The position numbers were made by a program, and so were the translations under genes. From Dicyema japonicum (taxonomy: Eukaryota; Animalia; Dicyemida), in the NCBI GenBank assembly GCA_011109175.1, contig RDEW01000004.1, positions 1,140,030-1,204,029 on the forward strand: a stretch of DNA of 64,000 nt, written 5' to 3'. Under the pieces are notes generated by a model, which made no database searches, was not told the DNA's origin, and was given only the letters and a program-made list of their open reading frames with translations. Of the stretch, positions 35,561 to 49,221 are shown in pieces. Every line of letters starts with the position of its first letter. Within the stretch, counting starts at the first letter, position 1.

Positions 35561-36299
35561 ATAGTCTGACTCACTGACCTACCTGGTCCAATAGAAGGAT
35601 CTAATCGTCAATGTGGTAATCTTTTACCATGGGGACCAATTTTTAATTGATTTAATTTATAGTCAATTCATGGTAATTTTACTGGTTATAAAACTAAATT
35701 TAGTCAGTAACCACAATCGTTAAAATATTTTTAAATTTAATAAAATTATTAAATAACCACAAATAAGAGGAGTGAATTATAACGATTTTTGCACAAAATG
35801 TCTCAGCTGTAATTAAATTTCCCGACTTTAATTGCATCACTGATTAAAACTTAAAATGTATTTGACCTACATTTGGTAAGCATGAATGATTAAAACTTAA
35901 AATTATATGTTATTTTAAATTTTATTTACCGTGAATTAATTTGATTAATCAGTCAACATATACAACTCTACTTACTCATCTGCATGAAAGAAAGCCAAAA
36001 TTCCTTGAAAGAAATAACAGACCTTTGGAGGACAATTTATTTAAAGTCAGTCGCAATCAATTGGATATAACTCGTTGACTTTCTTATGTGCCATCAGACC
36101 CTTTAATAGCTACAAGGAGAAGGGTCATAGAGGAATTGTTTATTAAACGCATCTCCATACAAATTGCAAGAAAAAGCCGGTCCCAATTATGGACCAGACA
36201 AGATGACGATCTTACAATTAACAAAAGGATGCTCTCATATGGGATGTCACTCCTGTTGATACATTTCCCTCGTAAATATGATATCTAGTACAATCGCAG

Positions 36300-37430
36300 A
36301 CTGTCCTACCGCTTACTTGGCCGAACTGATGAAGTTGGATAAATATTCTGCACTTGGGGAACGTTTCAACCTTATCCTAATTGTGTTTGAAACTTCGTGT
36401 GTAACTGAGCCTGTCAACAGAGGTATCTTCGAGAAATCTGTACCACAATCTCTTTAAGGTAAACATAATTAAAGGTATGTCTTTCCCATCTAAATACACA
36501 TGGGAAATTTCTTGTGGCTGTGATTAAGAGCACGTAAAGTTGTCTCCTCAGCAAGACACTCGCGGGGACTTTTTGTGAAGGTCATTAGAGACGTATGAAG
36601 TCATTTCTCCCATTAAAACATCAACGATGAATCTCTTGTGGAAGTAATTAGGGGTTATAATGTTGTCTCCCCCTCCAAAACATCCATTAAATTGTCGCAA
36701 GAATCACCGACAAGTTAGTATGGAACCACGGCAGTCAGGTGATCATGGCCTCCTTAAGCAGCCATCTCACCTTTGCTTGCTGCTCGTCCCGCACTTTTTG
36801 TGTTCACATGCTACTTTTGGAAACTTGGAGGTTCTCCTCAGAAGTATTTCGAATGGAGTTGATCTTAGCAGCGATGAGAACCTTTGTAGAGCCGTAGTGA
36901 CTGTTGCTCTAAAAAATTTGATCTTTTTTAGATTTGTATTTGACAGGTTTGTACCTCATGAGCACAGTCATAGCTGATTGTCGGTTGTATGTATTGCTTA
37001 GAGAGTGAGTTCCAACGTTAAGTGAAGCAGCATTTGTAGTGTCCAAGGAGTGTTTTTAAAAAGTTCAGTTTTGATATTGTTGCCGTGTTTACTGAATGTC
37101 ATAAGGGGGTCGTACATGATACCCTGTAACTTAACTGAGATTATGAGAGGATATAGCTCCATTAAGGGTTAAGACCGGTGGAGAGTTAGTTATTCTTTTA
37201 TTTGAAAAAATTTTGTAATTGGGCAGCACAATATGAACATATAGCTGTGATGATTATATTGACATTATTTGCGAAAACTCGTGTATCGTAGTTGGTCTGG
37301 GTGGCATATCATTCATGAAGAGGTTGAACAAAATGGGCGACAGAGGAGATTCCTGTAGGTCCAGTTGGGCCCTCAGTGAAGAATTTTGTCGGGGCTGTAA
37401 GATGAATTGTGGAGTCTCCCTTATCTATGA
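36300..37430 (-). mobile_element. Decayed LINE RT fragment
   Basis: SPLSPILFNLFMNDMPP at ~37300-37360. Confidence 0.55.
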
Positions 37431-37516
37431 AATAATTTTTAGGTTAAACAAAAAATAATTTTATGGAAAAATAATTTCAATCAAAACTTGGTTTAATTTT
37501 TTCATAATTGAAAAAA

Positions 37517-39032
37517 TTATAAAATTGTGGAAAATCTAATGTTCTTATTCGGATTAATTTTATGAACGACGAGAGCTGATAGGTCGTTCAAAAAATTAAT
37601 ATTTTTCTTCAAACATTTATTCACAGATTCAGAAAAGTTGTCTGCCAAATCTTGATTGATAATATTTCCAACCTAAAATTAGTTTTAAATTAACATATTC
37701 CTTTAGTCCTGTGAAATTCTTGTTTTTCGCTAAATCATCTCTAGAATCCTCTTTCTTTCCGTTTCCCACAGCAAAGTGATCCGTTTCATTACAAAAATCC
37801 TTAATCTGTGTTTGATTTACCACGGAAGGCTTTATGTTCTCAAAATCACTTATTTTTCTGGTTTCTTTCGTTTTATCAACTTTTTTGTGCAAATTTGTGA
37901 GAATAGATTTTCTCACTTGGTCCGTAATGGTAGTTTCCATGTCAACAATCACGTACTCGTGGTCGTTTTCTATTCTTCCATTATCCTCGATATCCTTTTT
38001 GATTGAAAGGTCGAAATTAAAGGGTTTTGTGGACTTTTGTGGCTGCCAATTTACAAAGCAATTTTGCTCCTTCGTTCTACGGAAAATCATTAACTCTGTA
38101 AACTTTTTTATTTTAAGATATTTATCAATAAGCGGTAAAATAACTGACTTTTTCTTGGCTTTCTTCAAAAAGGGATGCTTCAATAAAAGGGAGGCTGAGG
38201 GTCTCTAAGAATATAAACCAAATCTGACATCTTTGGGGTCTTTATTCAAGCAAAGGTCAATAAATTGCTGAATTAAGGCAGAAAAAACAGAAATTGGGAG
38301 TTTAGGAGTGTCCCTCAAAGGGATGAGAAACAAAGCCTTCATTACATGCAGATTGTGAAATGGGGGATGACCTGTAGCCATTTCTACGCATGTAATCCCA
38401 GTACTCCATATATCAACCTAATTAAATCAGAAATTGCTGCCTTGTAATTATATTCTGATTCTTTGATGATTTCAGGAGCCATCCAAAGCGGGGTCCCAAT
38501 GAAGGTATCAAATTTATTGAGAGTGTTTGTGAAGTTCCGACTGAAGCCAAAATCAGACAATTTCACATCGCCCGTAGCAGAAATGAGGACATTGGGCCGC
38601 TATAGTTCAAACTGGAAATTCTACATTTTATATCTCTGTGTATGATTCCGCAGTCGTGGAGATAAGCCAGTCCAGAGACAATTTCCTTGCAGAATACTCC
38701 AATTTCATACTCTTTGAATATCCTCATTTTTATCATTTCCGAAAGAGTCCCTACTTCCATATACTCCATGACAATCCACATGGTGGAATCCAGTCAATTC
38801 ATAGACATATTACCTGTAGAAAGGCGTGGTAATATGTGACGATGTTGTTACATTTGCATTCCAACAAAATATTGATTTCGCTTTGGATATTTTCAATCTC
38901 AAAGTCGCCGAAATTCAAATCGACGATTTTCACTGCCACGTTTTTTTTTGAATTTTGTTCAACCGCTCGGTAGACTAAGGCAAACGAGCCTTGGCCAATT
39001 TTCTCTCTAAGTTCATAATTCTGAACATTCAT
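37517..39032 (-). CDS. STE20-family (GCKIII/MST3-STK25-like) Ser/Thr kinase
   Basis: IGQGSFALVY, VAVKIVDL, WIVMEYMEVG, HRDIK, KLSDFG, GTPLWMAPE, VDIWSTGIT. Introns 38791-38813 (GT-TG), 38600-38624, 38418-38440 (GC-AG), 38205-38228, and a 22-nt one near 37673-37694. One +1 C in a CCC run after intron 2. Confidence 0.9.
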
Positions 39033-39944
39033 GGCCAATTATTGAAAAAATTGCGCTTTGTGGAAATAAATAAAATACGAAATTAGCAAATAAACGCCAA
39101 CGACGAAAATCTCGTCGTCACAAAGGAGTTAATTATTGCGGTCTCAGTTTTACCACAGAAAATATTCCTTTTTTACTGAATTTAATCCTTTATAATAATT
39201 TCCAAACTGAAGGAACTATTATTGGGACACTATGACCTCAAACCAGTGACTTGATGCAGGACGAACAGATTACCCCTTACCTTCGGAATCAATTTGATTG
39301 GCTAATATTTGGTTAAATCCGGTTTTATTTGATTTGAAAAAAATTAGGTTAATGTATTGATTATTTTAATTGCTGATTAAAACAATTAACTGTGATAGAC
39401 CTAAGATAATCCTGTTCCATTGTGCCTGCGACGCTTGAATTCCTGAGTCGTCCAGATGCTGGTTATTTTCGCGAATCTCACTTTGAGAGGCTGACTTTAT
39501 TCTACTTTAATAAAAAATTTATCCCCAAAGATAATTAAAACAAAATTTATTTGTCAACAAATTCCCGCTAAATTTTTAATTTTGTTAGAAAATACATACA
39601 TTCTACACGTATTCTCCATAAAATTGATCAGCACACTTTATTGGGTTAGGCTTTGCTTTACCAAATTTCAACACACTTTATTTTGTGTTTTATTGAAAAT
39701 TTCTAGGTGAATTGATGTTTTGAGAAATTTTATCAATATCATTAACGTAATTGCATTATAATTACCTCAAGGTGTTACTCAATTACATTCCAACTGTACA
39801 TGTAATAAAAAGGAGCTGATTAGAGTCTTTTATACCCCACGTGAAGAGTAACATAATCATAAAGTCAGTAGATTGATTAAGGAGACAATCTCAAAAACAG
39901 GAATCAAGGTTTGATAAGGAATAAGTTATGACGAAAGTTAGTTA

Positions 39945-42418
39945 ATAGCACTTCCGCGTTCCCATAAGCACGTAGGATGCCTAGGGGTTCGCTCGTGCCG
40001 TACACCCACTATCCTCCCAGTCAGCCTTCATCATCTAGCTCTGTTTCTCGCGCGTTTACGAATATCCTCAAGATCGTCTCCAGTTTTGAATTGACCGCCA
40101 ATTCGTGCGTAATCGTTACTAAGGCAGAAGGGAAGCGTACATCTTAGCCGACCCCGAAATCCAATTCCATGATTTGAATAGTAATCTTCCATGATTTGAT
40201 TGCAAGGAATCTCTTCATCCATTCTCAGAACATGTCCGAAAAGTCGCCAGCGTGAGGTAATTACTTCTCTGCTTATCGGTTTGCATTTACATAATTTGTA
40301 GAGTGTCGTTTTTGATAATCTGTGGCCATTTGATTCCCACAATTTTTCTCAAATGTGTCTAGTCTGTCAAGGTCAGTTTTTGATGTTCTTCATGTTCCCG
40401 AGTTATAATAGGACTGGTTGCATGAACGCGTTGTATAAGCGCATCCGAAGTTTAAGGAGATAAGTTTTCTGTGAGTCCAAATACTCCACATGTTTTTCAG
40501 TGCACACGATGCCAACATCTTTCTACGAGCAATGTTTCAGCATCACCCAAAAACGAGCCGAGCATTTTAGTAAACCTCCATTTCTCATCAATCCGTGTCG
40601 ATGACCGCTTAATCGAAGTTAACTCTGTTTTTTCTGAATCGATCTTCAAAGACCACCTCTCCATCTACTGCAGTTCTTAGTACCTCCACATCCTCAGACA
40701 CAAAATCGATGTCATCTGCATATATTAATTCCACAAAATGATTAAGTGACCCAATTCTTTTCTAACGTTCCTCAACGCAGCTTCCAAATAGATTGCAAAG
40801 AGAACTGGCGAAAGCGAGTCCCTTGCGGAATACCAATCCCGGTGGTGAATTTTTCCGAATAGCCCTTCCCCACTTTCACTATGAGGCTCGTGTCAGCCAG
40901 CAAAAAACGCACAATCCTCAAACAGTCCTCATCAATTATGTTTGAGAACTTGCAGTAGTTTATCTCAGCAGACACAGTCGAATGCTTTCGATAAGTCGAC
41001 TCCCAGAATATACATTGTTTTTCTGTACTTCTGACATATTGCCGTAAGCCACCGATGACTCCATACTATATCAGCGGTCGATCTTCCTGGTCTGAATCCG
41101 CTTTGACTTGGTGACAAGATTGGTCAACTGAATTTGATATTCAATGTTGTAATCAACAATGTTTTTCGCAAAGTGGTCAAAAGCACGATCGGCCTGAGAT
41201 TTTCAATTGGACCTGCAGTTTTGCCATGTTTTTGTAAAAAAGTAGAACTCCCATCGCGATGTCAATTGAAAAATGAGTCTCCTGAATATCGTTGAATATA
41301 AAGTATCTTTTCTGCTAACTGGGTTGGTGCGTATTTAAACAACTCTCCACAAATATTGCCATAGCCAGCTTCTCTGTTGTTATTCAGGCGAAGGAGTGCT
41401 CCGCGAATCTCGGAATCCGTAAACACGAGGCTGTCCTTAGAATTGTGGGAGAAGTAAAGTATTTTATCGATTGAACTGCTTGCTAAAGTGTTGGGCTATA
41501 AGTCCAGCAGAACGGTAGCGTCCAATACAAAGTGACCGAACTCATTTTGAATTTTTAAATTGGTTTTAGCTGACCCGCGGTTGAGTATACGCACAGCCAT
41601 AAATATTTTTGCACCTGAAAGTAATCTTTCAACTTCCAGTCTTGATGAACGTATACAAACAATACATCGAGCCATGTTTCTCATATGCATGCGCCTCGTG
41701 GGGTCCGTCCATATCTTAGACAAATATGAGGAAAATTGAGGAAATGCAAAAGAGGGCTTACAGAGTAACGGAGCGTTGGATTTGTGAAGATGTGCAAAGC
41801 CCATCCCATAATGACGTGAGTCAGATGGTAGTAGTATTAACCGGTAATTGTCATAGCATACATTTCGTTCTGTCACCTTCGTCACTTGCAGACATGCCAC
41901 ACCGGTTTTGTATCTTTCTAGATCCGTACATAGAATGTTCTGTTTGATGTTTGAGGCAATTCCTCCGACATTGAAAAATGTAATGGAAAAAAGCGTAGAG
42001 TGGATTGATCGAGAATACGATAAAGACATTACAATGAGAGTGATGTCAACCAACTCAACCAACACCGACGAAGTGTTACAATAAATTATAATTTAAAGAC
42101 CGTCGGTTGTCATGGACATAATGCCCTCTCGTGTAGAAGAAATGCAGGACGATTCCCGAGACACAAGGTGGTCAACGGAATTGTCAAGCAAGCCTTAGAG
42201 TCTGTGGGATACCCGCCATACTCGAACTGCCCCTGTTCTGAGAAATAATGTCCTTGAAATGCCCGAGAGGTGATCATCAAGTCATCCACCGTTCTTACAT
42301 CATCTTCAAAAACAAGTATGATAGCTGTTTGTCAGGGCAAAGGGAGTCCGTTAGCCGTCTAAGGGATTGGTTGCATGAGACAGTTCTTGTTTAGTTGATG
42401 ACCATCACTTACCTGCAA
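39945..42418 (-). mobile_element. Older, frameshifted RTE-clade LINE (5' UTR, APE, RT, tail), with a plus-strand Ingi-like fragment inserted at ~41480-41790
   Basis: FNVGGIASN...CLQVTK APE; GIPQG, SRWRLFGHVLRM; tail GAAGTGCTATTAAC. The inserted piece reads YKQYIEPCFSYACASW on the plus strand. Confidence 0.75.
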
Positions 42419-44248
42419 TTATATTATTATTTATTATTTAAAGCACTCCCGAGAAGTCATAAAATTAATCAAGCCTCCCTTGTGCCGTATTTCTAGCCAT
42501 CCTCTCTATCAGCCTTTTCCAGGACCCTCTACTTCGTGCCAGTTCCCTTAAGGTATCTAGGTCGTCTGCGGAAGTGAGCTTCAGTCCCACAGCCGACAGG
42601 TCTCCATTCAAAATAGTTGGGAGTGTGACTCTTGGTCTTCCACGGAAACCGGCTCCCGTATGCATTAGGTAGTTTTCCATGGCGATATTCGCGGGTACTT
42701 GAGCATTTAGACGTAAGATATGTCCAAAGAGACTCCATCTTGATCTGAAGATCTCCTCGGATAGTATACCAGATTTGCACTTCGAGTAGAGGTCATTGTT
42801 TGAGATCTTCTTAGGCCACTTGATCTTGATTACTGATTTCAATTGTGTCCTGTGGAAAGCGTCAAGACGGTCCATCTCTTGTTTAGAGATTCCCCAAGTG
42901 CCTGAATTGTAGGTCAGGACGGGGATGACAAAAGCCTTATATATTCTGAGTTTGGTGTTTAATCCCATCCTCTTCTTATGACCCCACATATTCGATACTT
43001 TCTTTAGTGCACACATTGCGAGGATTTTCCTCCGAGAAACATCTTCTGAGTCCCCGAGAAGCGAACCCACCTTCTTTTGCTTTCTCCAAGACTCGTCCGA
43101 TCTTCGATCATTGCGTGTAAGTGTTGTGAACTCTGTTTTATCGGTGTTAACGGTTAAGAACCATTTCGAGAATACGTGTGGAAGAACGTTAAGCATGTGT
43201 TGAAGTACTTGAATATCCTCAGAAACAAAGTCCAGGTCGTCCGCGTAGATTATCTCGTTATAATTGTTGCCAACCAGGGGTCTGAACTCTCTTAGTGCGG
43301 CCTCAAGGTAGACAATAAAGAGGACCGGGGATAGTGAGTCCCCCTGTGGAACTCCACGTGAGGTCGAAAAAAAGTTAGAGGTAGAGTCACCAATTTTGAC
43401 GGCAAGTTGAGTGTTCCGCATGAGTAAGTGTATTATTTTGACATCGTCAGGCAGTAGAAAACTCTCCAACACTTCCATAAGTTTTCCACGGTCCACCGAG
43501 TCGAACGCACGGGACATGTCGATACCAAGTATCTCAATAGATTTTTTGTATTTTTGGCACAGGGCACAATACCACCTGTGCCCCCATACCACGTCAGCCG
43601 TGGACCTGCCCGTCCGGAATCCACTTTGGCCGTCCGAAAGAAATATGTTCACCCTCTCCTTTATTCGGTTTAAAGCAATGAGGGATAATGTTTTTCGTAT
43701 GGAGGTTAGGAGTATAATAGGTCTGAAGTTGTGAGGGGGGCCTTTACTTTTTCCCGGTTTTTGTAGTGGAATTAGCCACCCTTTTCCCAGTTCCAGTTCA
43801 TCTGCACCCTCGAGAGACCGGTTGAAAATGTTAGTAATCATTTCAATTAGCTCCTCCGGGCCGTATTGTAAAAGTTCTGCAGTAATGAAGTCTGGTCCGG
43901 CAGATCTTCCGGTATTTAATTTTTTAATAGCTTGTTGAGTTTCGGATATGGTAATAGGGCTAGTTAGAGTGTACTTGTAAGACTTCCGAGATTTCATTGC
44001 TTGGTCAGCCGCGTCCTGTTTGTTGAACATAAGGTCAAAATGGGATGCCAGAACGTTTGCTTTGTTAATGGTTCCGATAACGTCGTGACCAAGGTTGTCA
44101 TGGACAGTTAACGAAATTGGACAGTTTTCTCTGCTAAGAAGCCGGATTGCTTTGAACATTCTTGGTCCGTTCTTGTACTTTAATATGTCTGAGATTTTCT
44201 CCTCAGCTTCATTTTTGGCAAGGAATCTTTGTATTTGTTTCTTTGTAT
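42419..44248 (-). mobile_element. Young 5'-truncated RTE-clade LINE with intact 564-aa RT ORF (42465-44159) and 93-bp flanking duplication
   Basis: Uninterrupted ORF: SAGPD, FRPIILL, QSGFRTGRST, DMSRAFDSV, GVPQGDSLSP, YADD, RWSLFGHILR, RGRPR. Direct repeats at 42326-42418 and 44249-44342. Confidence 0.95.
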
Positions 44249-44455
44249 TGTTTGTCAGGGCAAAGGGAGTCCGTTAGCCGTCTAAGGGACTTGGTTGCAT
44301 GAGACAGTTCTTGTTTAGTTGATGACCATCACTTACCTGCAACAAAATCAATATATGATAAATTTTTTAGTTAAAAATTAAATATTTTATTAATAATTTC
44401 CCACGATTAATTTTTTAATTTTTAGTAATGCTTTTGTGAGTTGTTGTGAGTACTA

Positions 44456-46003
44456 CCCAATACTCAAGAACAACAAAGCCTCCTCCTTGCCCTCTTCGTT
44501 CAGGCCAATTTCCTTAACATCTGTTGTCTCAAAAATCCTCGAAAGGATCATTCTTAACGAAATCACTCCCTACCTCGACCTCTCCGATTCATAACATGGT
44601 TTCCGTCCTTTACACTCGACCACCACGCACTTACTGACACTAACCCAATACATCTCCAACGGTTTCAACAACTGCAAACCCCCGGAACGAACTGTCTTGG
44701 CCTCTATTGACCTAACTAAAGCTTTCGACAGAATCTCCCGTGTGGTCCTCTGCAACAAGATCTATTCTACAAATATTCCCTCTGTATGGAAGTCATGGCT
44801 CACAAATTTCCTCTCGGGAAGACTGGGCCATACGTGTCTATATTCAAATATATCAAGATATCGACTCCTACCAAACGGTGTTCCCCAGGGATCAGTCCTT
44901 TCACCCTCACTTTTCAACCCTTTACGTCAAAGACATCCCAACAACCCAAAATACGTTACTATTGACATATGCGGATGATCTAGTAATCGCATCCAGGAGT
45001 GGCGATGTTCGACTGGCCACCGAAAAAGTGCAGTACCACCTGAACTTGCTATCCGACTGGATGAACTTAAACTGGATGAGTGTTTCCACCTCGAAGTCAT
45101 CAGCTACCCTGTTCACAACCGATCGAAGACAATTCAACCTAAACCCCACACTCTCGTTGGGAGACGAACCACTCCCCTTAAATAAATACCCGAAGATCCT
45201 TGGAGTTGTCTTCGATCCTTCACTCTGTTTCAACAGACAAGTGGAGGAAGTAATGACAAAAGCCAAGCGGAAACTTAACATATTACGGGCAGTAGCTGGC
45301 CACTCAAACGGTCAGCAAAAAGAAAACTTAACTCTTCTCTACAAACAGTTCATCAGGACTACACTCAACTACGCCTCACCAAGTTGGGCCCCCTCAATCT
45401 CCTTGTCCCTTTCTCAAGAACTGCAGAAAGTGCAAAACTCGGCGCTGAGAATAATAACTGGCTGCTTAAAGTCAACCCCCACCGACCATTTACATTGGGA
45501 GTCGAAAATCCTCCCGCTCTATGACCACCTGGAAATGCGTAATTTACAATTCCTACGGCAGTCGTTCGACCCGAATCACCCAGTTCACGCTCTGCTAAGT
45601 AACAATAACCGCAGATACATACGCAGGACCCTCTTTGACCTACAAAGAGCCTTGTCGAAGATCACCCCCCTCAAGAAGACTCAACTTGGACCCGCCGAAT
45701 CCATGATTTCATCTCGACACGGGCCATTAGGACACTTCAATATAACAAAGTCTTGGAGCGCTTCCCCCCTGATATCAGTCCAACGGAACAATCGCTCCCG
45801 AGGAAGATCAGAATCGGACTGGCTCGCCTACGATGTGGACACCACCCTTTCCTGGCTGGCAGAGTAGTTCGGGACCTTTTTCCCTGCCCTGGACCACCGG
45901 ATGCAAAAGTCGAGGATCTCTGGGAGCGGCCTGTCCGGACTGCACGCTCTCTGATGGTCGCCGGCTTCCCACTTGCTGGCGAAGCCGGGGTTAATAATTT
46001 AAT
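44456..46003 (+). mobile_element. 5'-truncated Ingi/Vingi-like LINE with 15-bp TSD
   Basis: FRPISLT, HGFRPLHST, DLTKAFD, GVPQGSVLSP, YADDL, LYKQFIRTTLNYASPSW. Tail CCGGCTTC..GAAGCCGG-GGTTAATAA. TTGTTGTGAGTACTA at 44441-44455 and 46004-46018. Confidence 0.9.
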
Positions 46004-46018
46004 TTGTTGTGAGTACTA

Positions 46019-48375
46019 TTCATGGTGGCGCTCAGTGTAGAATAACACTAAAAAGAACCATTTGCTCTTCCCCACCCAGACTCCTTATGCCTGGATGGTA
46101 TACCTCAACTGGAAACTCGAGATGTTGTTTGTTTCCCCTGGATTCTACTGCTTTCTGGAGATATTGAACATCTTATTCTAATCAACATTTACATTCCACC
46201 GCCGGGATCCTGTCCTAATAACTATGTTCCGAAGCTCGACAAACTACAAGAAATTCGAAATGTGTTACTATGTGGGGATTTCAACGCCAAACATCCCCAG
46301 TGGCTCAGTACCCAGTCGGCAGACAAGAGGGGGAGTCTAATTATTGACTCTCGAAAAAAAATCTGAATTACCCGAACATCTTCACAAGGACACCAGTCCG
46401 AAGAAATGACAACTCAACCTCCCCCTATATATCCTTTGCTTCTTCTAGGATTGCCCCGAAGATTTCATGGAACGTCTCCTACGATTTTCATAGTGATCAT
46501 AATCCGATTATATTAAAACTGAGCCAATTCAATAACTCACGTAGAATTAAAGCAACCTTCAAGGTCTACAAGAAAGCTGACTGGTCGAATTTCAAGCTCT
46601 TCATTGACCATAACCTAATACATTTTGATCCCACCTCATTTTGCTCCATCGACAAACCAGTGGATCATCTAAACCATGTATTCCTTCGAGCTGAAAAGTT
46701 GTTTGTATCACCCACGTACAGTTTACAAATCTTACAAGCCTACTCTGGACTCGGACACTCGTCTCCTCGTCAAACAAAGAAACTCCCTGAAGATGAATCA
46801 TCAGCAAACCTCTTCTGATTTGGAAAATATAAAATGCTTAAATCAGAGAATTACAAAACTCATCAGAGAAAAGAAGGATCGGGCGTGGAATCGCCTATCA
46901 TCATCTATTGGACACGTGAAATCCACGAGTCTAAAACCAGGAAAACCGAAAACCTTACCTTCTTTCTTCCGAAAAATTTCATTAACGTGCGTCAACAGAT
47001 CCCACCCGTGAGGCGACGAGTCCTTCTGGCACGATACAGTTGTTAAAAGGGATCTTCCTACCTTTCTCTCTGACCAAACCCTCTGATGAAGATTGGATTA
47101 TGAAAACTATTCCGCTAAAGAGTGAAGTGATGTCCGCGGCGGTAGGACGTGGGACAAAAATGGAAAAGCCTGTACCTACTTCTCCATTTCTCTTCGGAAG
47201 CGGAAACCTGTAATGAAGTATTGGAAGATGGATTTGGTCGGCACAAGCAGACGTTCTCCCTTTGGTGGTTCCTTGGATTAGTTAGTTATGATTGTTTGTG
47301 CTGGGCTTACAATGGTAAGCCTGGGGTTAATAATTAACGTGCGCATTATCGCGCCTAATGGAGAAACTCGTACTATGGAAAACTAAACCCCATTTGCCCG
47401 ACTGTCACTTTCGACATGGTTTCAAATGTGAGCGTTCAACTACGACACGTTTGACCTCACTGTCTCAATTTATATCAGAAGGGTAAATTTTATGTTTCTC
47501 ACATTAGTCTCTATTTTAATTATGAGAAGGGTTCAACGAACCGAAACGCCATCTACCGACAATATTGGTCTCCCTGGACATCAGAAGGCGTTCGAATCTG
47601 TCCCGAGAACATTATTCACGAAAAAGGTTTTTGACACCACCATTCAGCCGGCTTTGAAAAGATGGATAGCCAATTTTCTTTCCGAAAAGAGGAGGTGTCT
47701 GTATTGTCCATGCAAGATCGAAGTCCCGTCTTCTACCAAATGGCGTCCCTCAAGGATCGCTCCTCTCTCCGGGGTTATTCAATTTATTCCTCAACGATTT
47801 ACATTGCCCTGGAGGATCAGATTCAATGCTTCTTACATATGCTGACTACTTGATTATCGCTAGCAGGAACAAATACGTGGATATGGCAAAATCAGAGCTT
47901 CAGTCAAATATTGACGACCTGGGAGCCTGTTGAAGTTGAATCGTCTCTCCATATCCAGGGATAAATCAACGTATACTATCTTCACCACAGACAGAAAAGA
48001 AAAATATACAATGGACTTGAACATATTTGGAGACTTTTTACTATTAAAGATTCATCCAACTATCTTGGGAGTGACATTTGACCCTTTGATGACATTTTCT
48101 CAACATGTGAAGAACGTTATAACAAAGGGTCTCAGGAAACTGAATATAATGAAACCTCTCTTAAAGTCCAGGCCGTCACGGGAATGCGATGTCGTCTGTT
48201 CAATCAACTTCCCAAACCGACGGTAGAGTATGCTTGTGCCTCATGGGCCTATGGAGCTTCAATATCCAATTCATACAAGATTAACTCTTTAACAGAATAA
48301 CTTGCACGTCCAACAAATCCACCCCCGATCTTTCTTCTTTCTTAGTGTTCCCTTTTCGGGTTATTAAATAAATAA
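46019..48375 (+). mobile_element. Decayed Ingi/Vingi-like LINE (APE to 3' end)
   Basis: INIYIPP, LCGDFNAKH, SDHNPI APE motifs; RT/thumb remnants at 47500-48230; AT tail at 48355-48375. Confidence 0.75.
46992..47332 (+). mobile_element. 5'-truncated copy of SINE family S1 with 11-bp TSD
   Basis: Near-identical to 2945-3275. ATTAACGTGCG duplicated at 46981-46991 and 47333-47343. Confidence 0.9.
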
Positions 48376-48619
48376 AATTCATGCGGAAAACAGTTAGTCT
48401 TTTTTATCTACCTCAAAATAAAGAAGAAGGGTTACTGGCAAATTTTTGAGAGAGGTATGTGCACATGAATTAATCACCTCGTTAAAATCGAAATCGGTAT
48501 TATCTGTTTAATTAACGATAGATAGTGAAGGAATGATAGTAGAGAATGATGAAAGTCTATTTTCTAAGCAAATAAATACTTATGGAGCATTATTCTTACA
48601 GCAATCTAAAATATGGCAG

Positions 48620-48898
48620 TTGGTTAAAAACTTATATAAGACAGAACACTAAACATCCCCCAATCATACCTTGCAGAACGTCACTGGGACTTCCCCAAGA
48701 TGGCAAAGTCCCCTGATCATCCCCTCGGGCCGGACGACTCAAACTATATATGGACGCCTGCCCGAGATATGAGAAGAAACTTTCGCCGTTGTGGAGATTA
48801 ATCCAGAACATCAAAACTAATCGCAGGAAAAGTACTGGTATGGACACCGGGATCACTTAATTAGACGATAATTTTTATCCTCTTCGGGGTTAATAAAT
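48620..48898 (+). mobile_element. 3' stub of an Ingi/Vingi-like LINE
   Basis: Ends ACCGGGATCACTTAATTAG...CGGGGTTAATAAAT. Confidence 0.6.
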
Positions 48899-49221
48899 AT
48901 GGTAGCGAGGATATTCGACTAGCAATCTTCAAGACATAGGTTTCGAATGACTGTCAATCATCGTTATACCTTTATTGACCCGAGTACAAGTGCCCATACA
49001 CAACATATAGAAAGGTTTAATCTCACTAAAATTATTTCAGAATGTGGGGTAGTGCTTCATAAGAACTTCGAATTCAAAGCACTATTGGTAGCAATAGGGA
49101 ATTTTTAGCCCCGACATTCAATTTCTTTTTGAATAAATTTATTGATAATATTTATTTAAAATGATTGAAAGGTTGAAATTATTTATTTAAAAAAAAATAA
49201 ATATTGATAATACTTTTCGTG

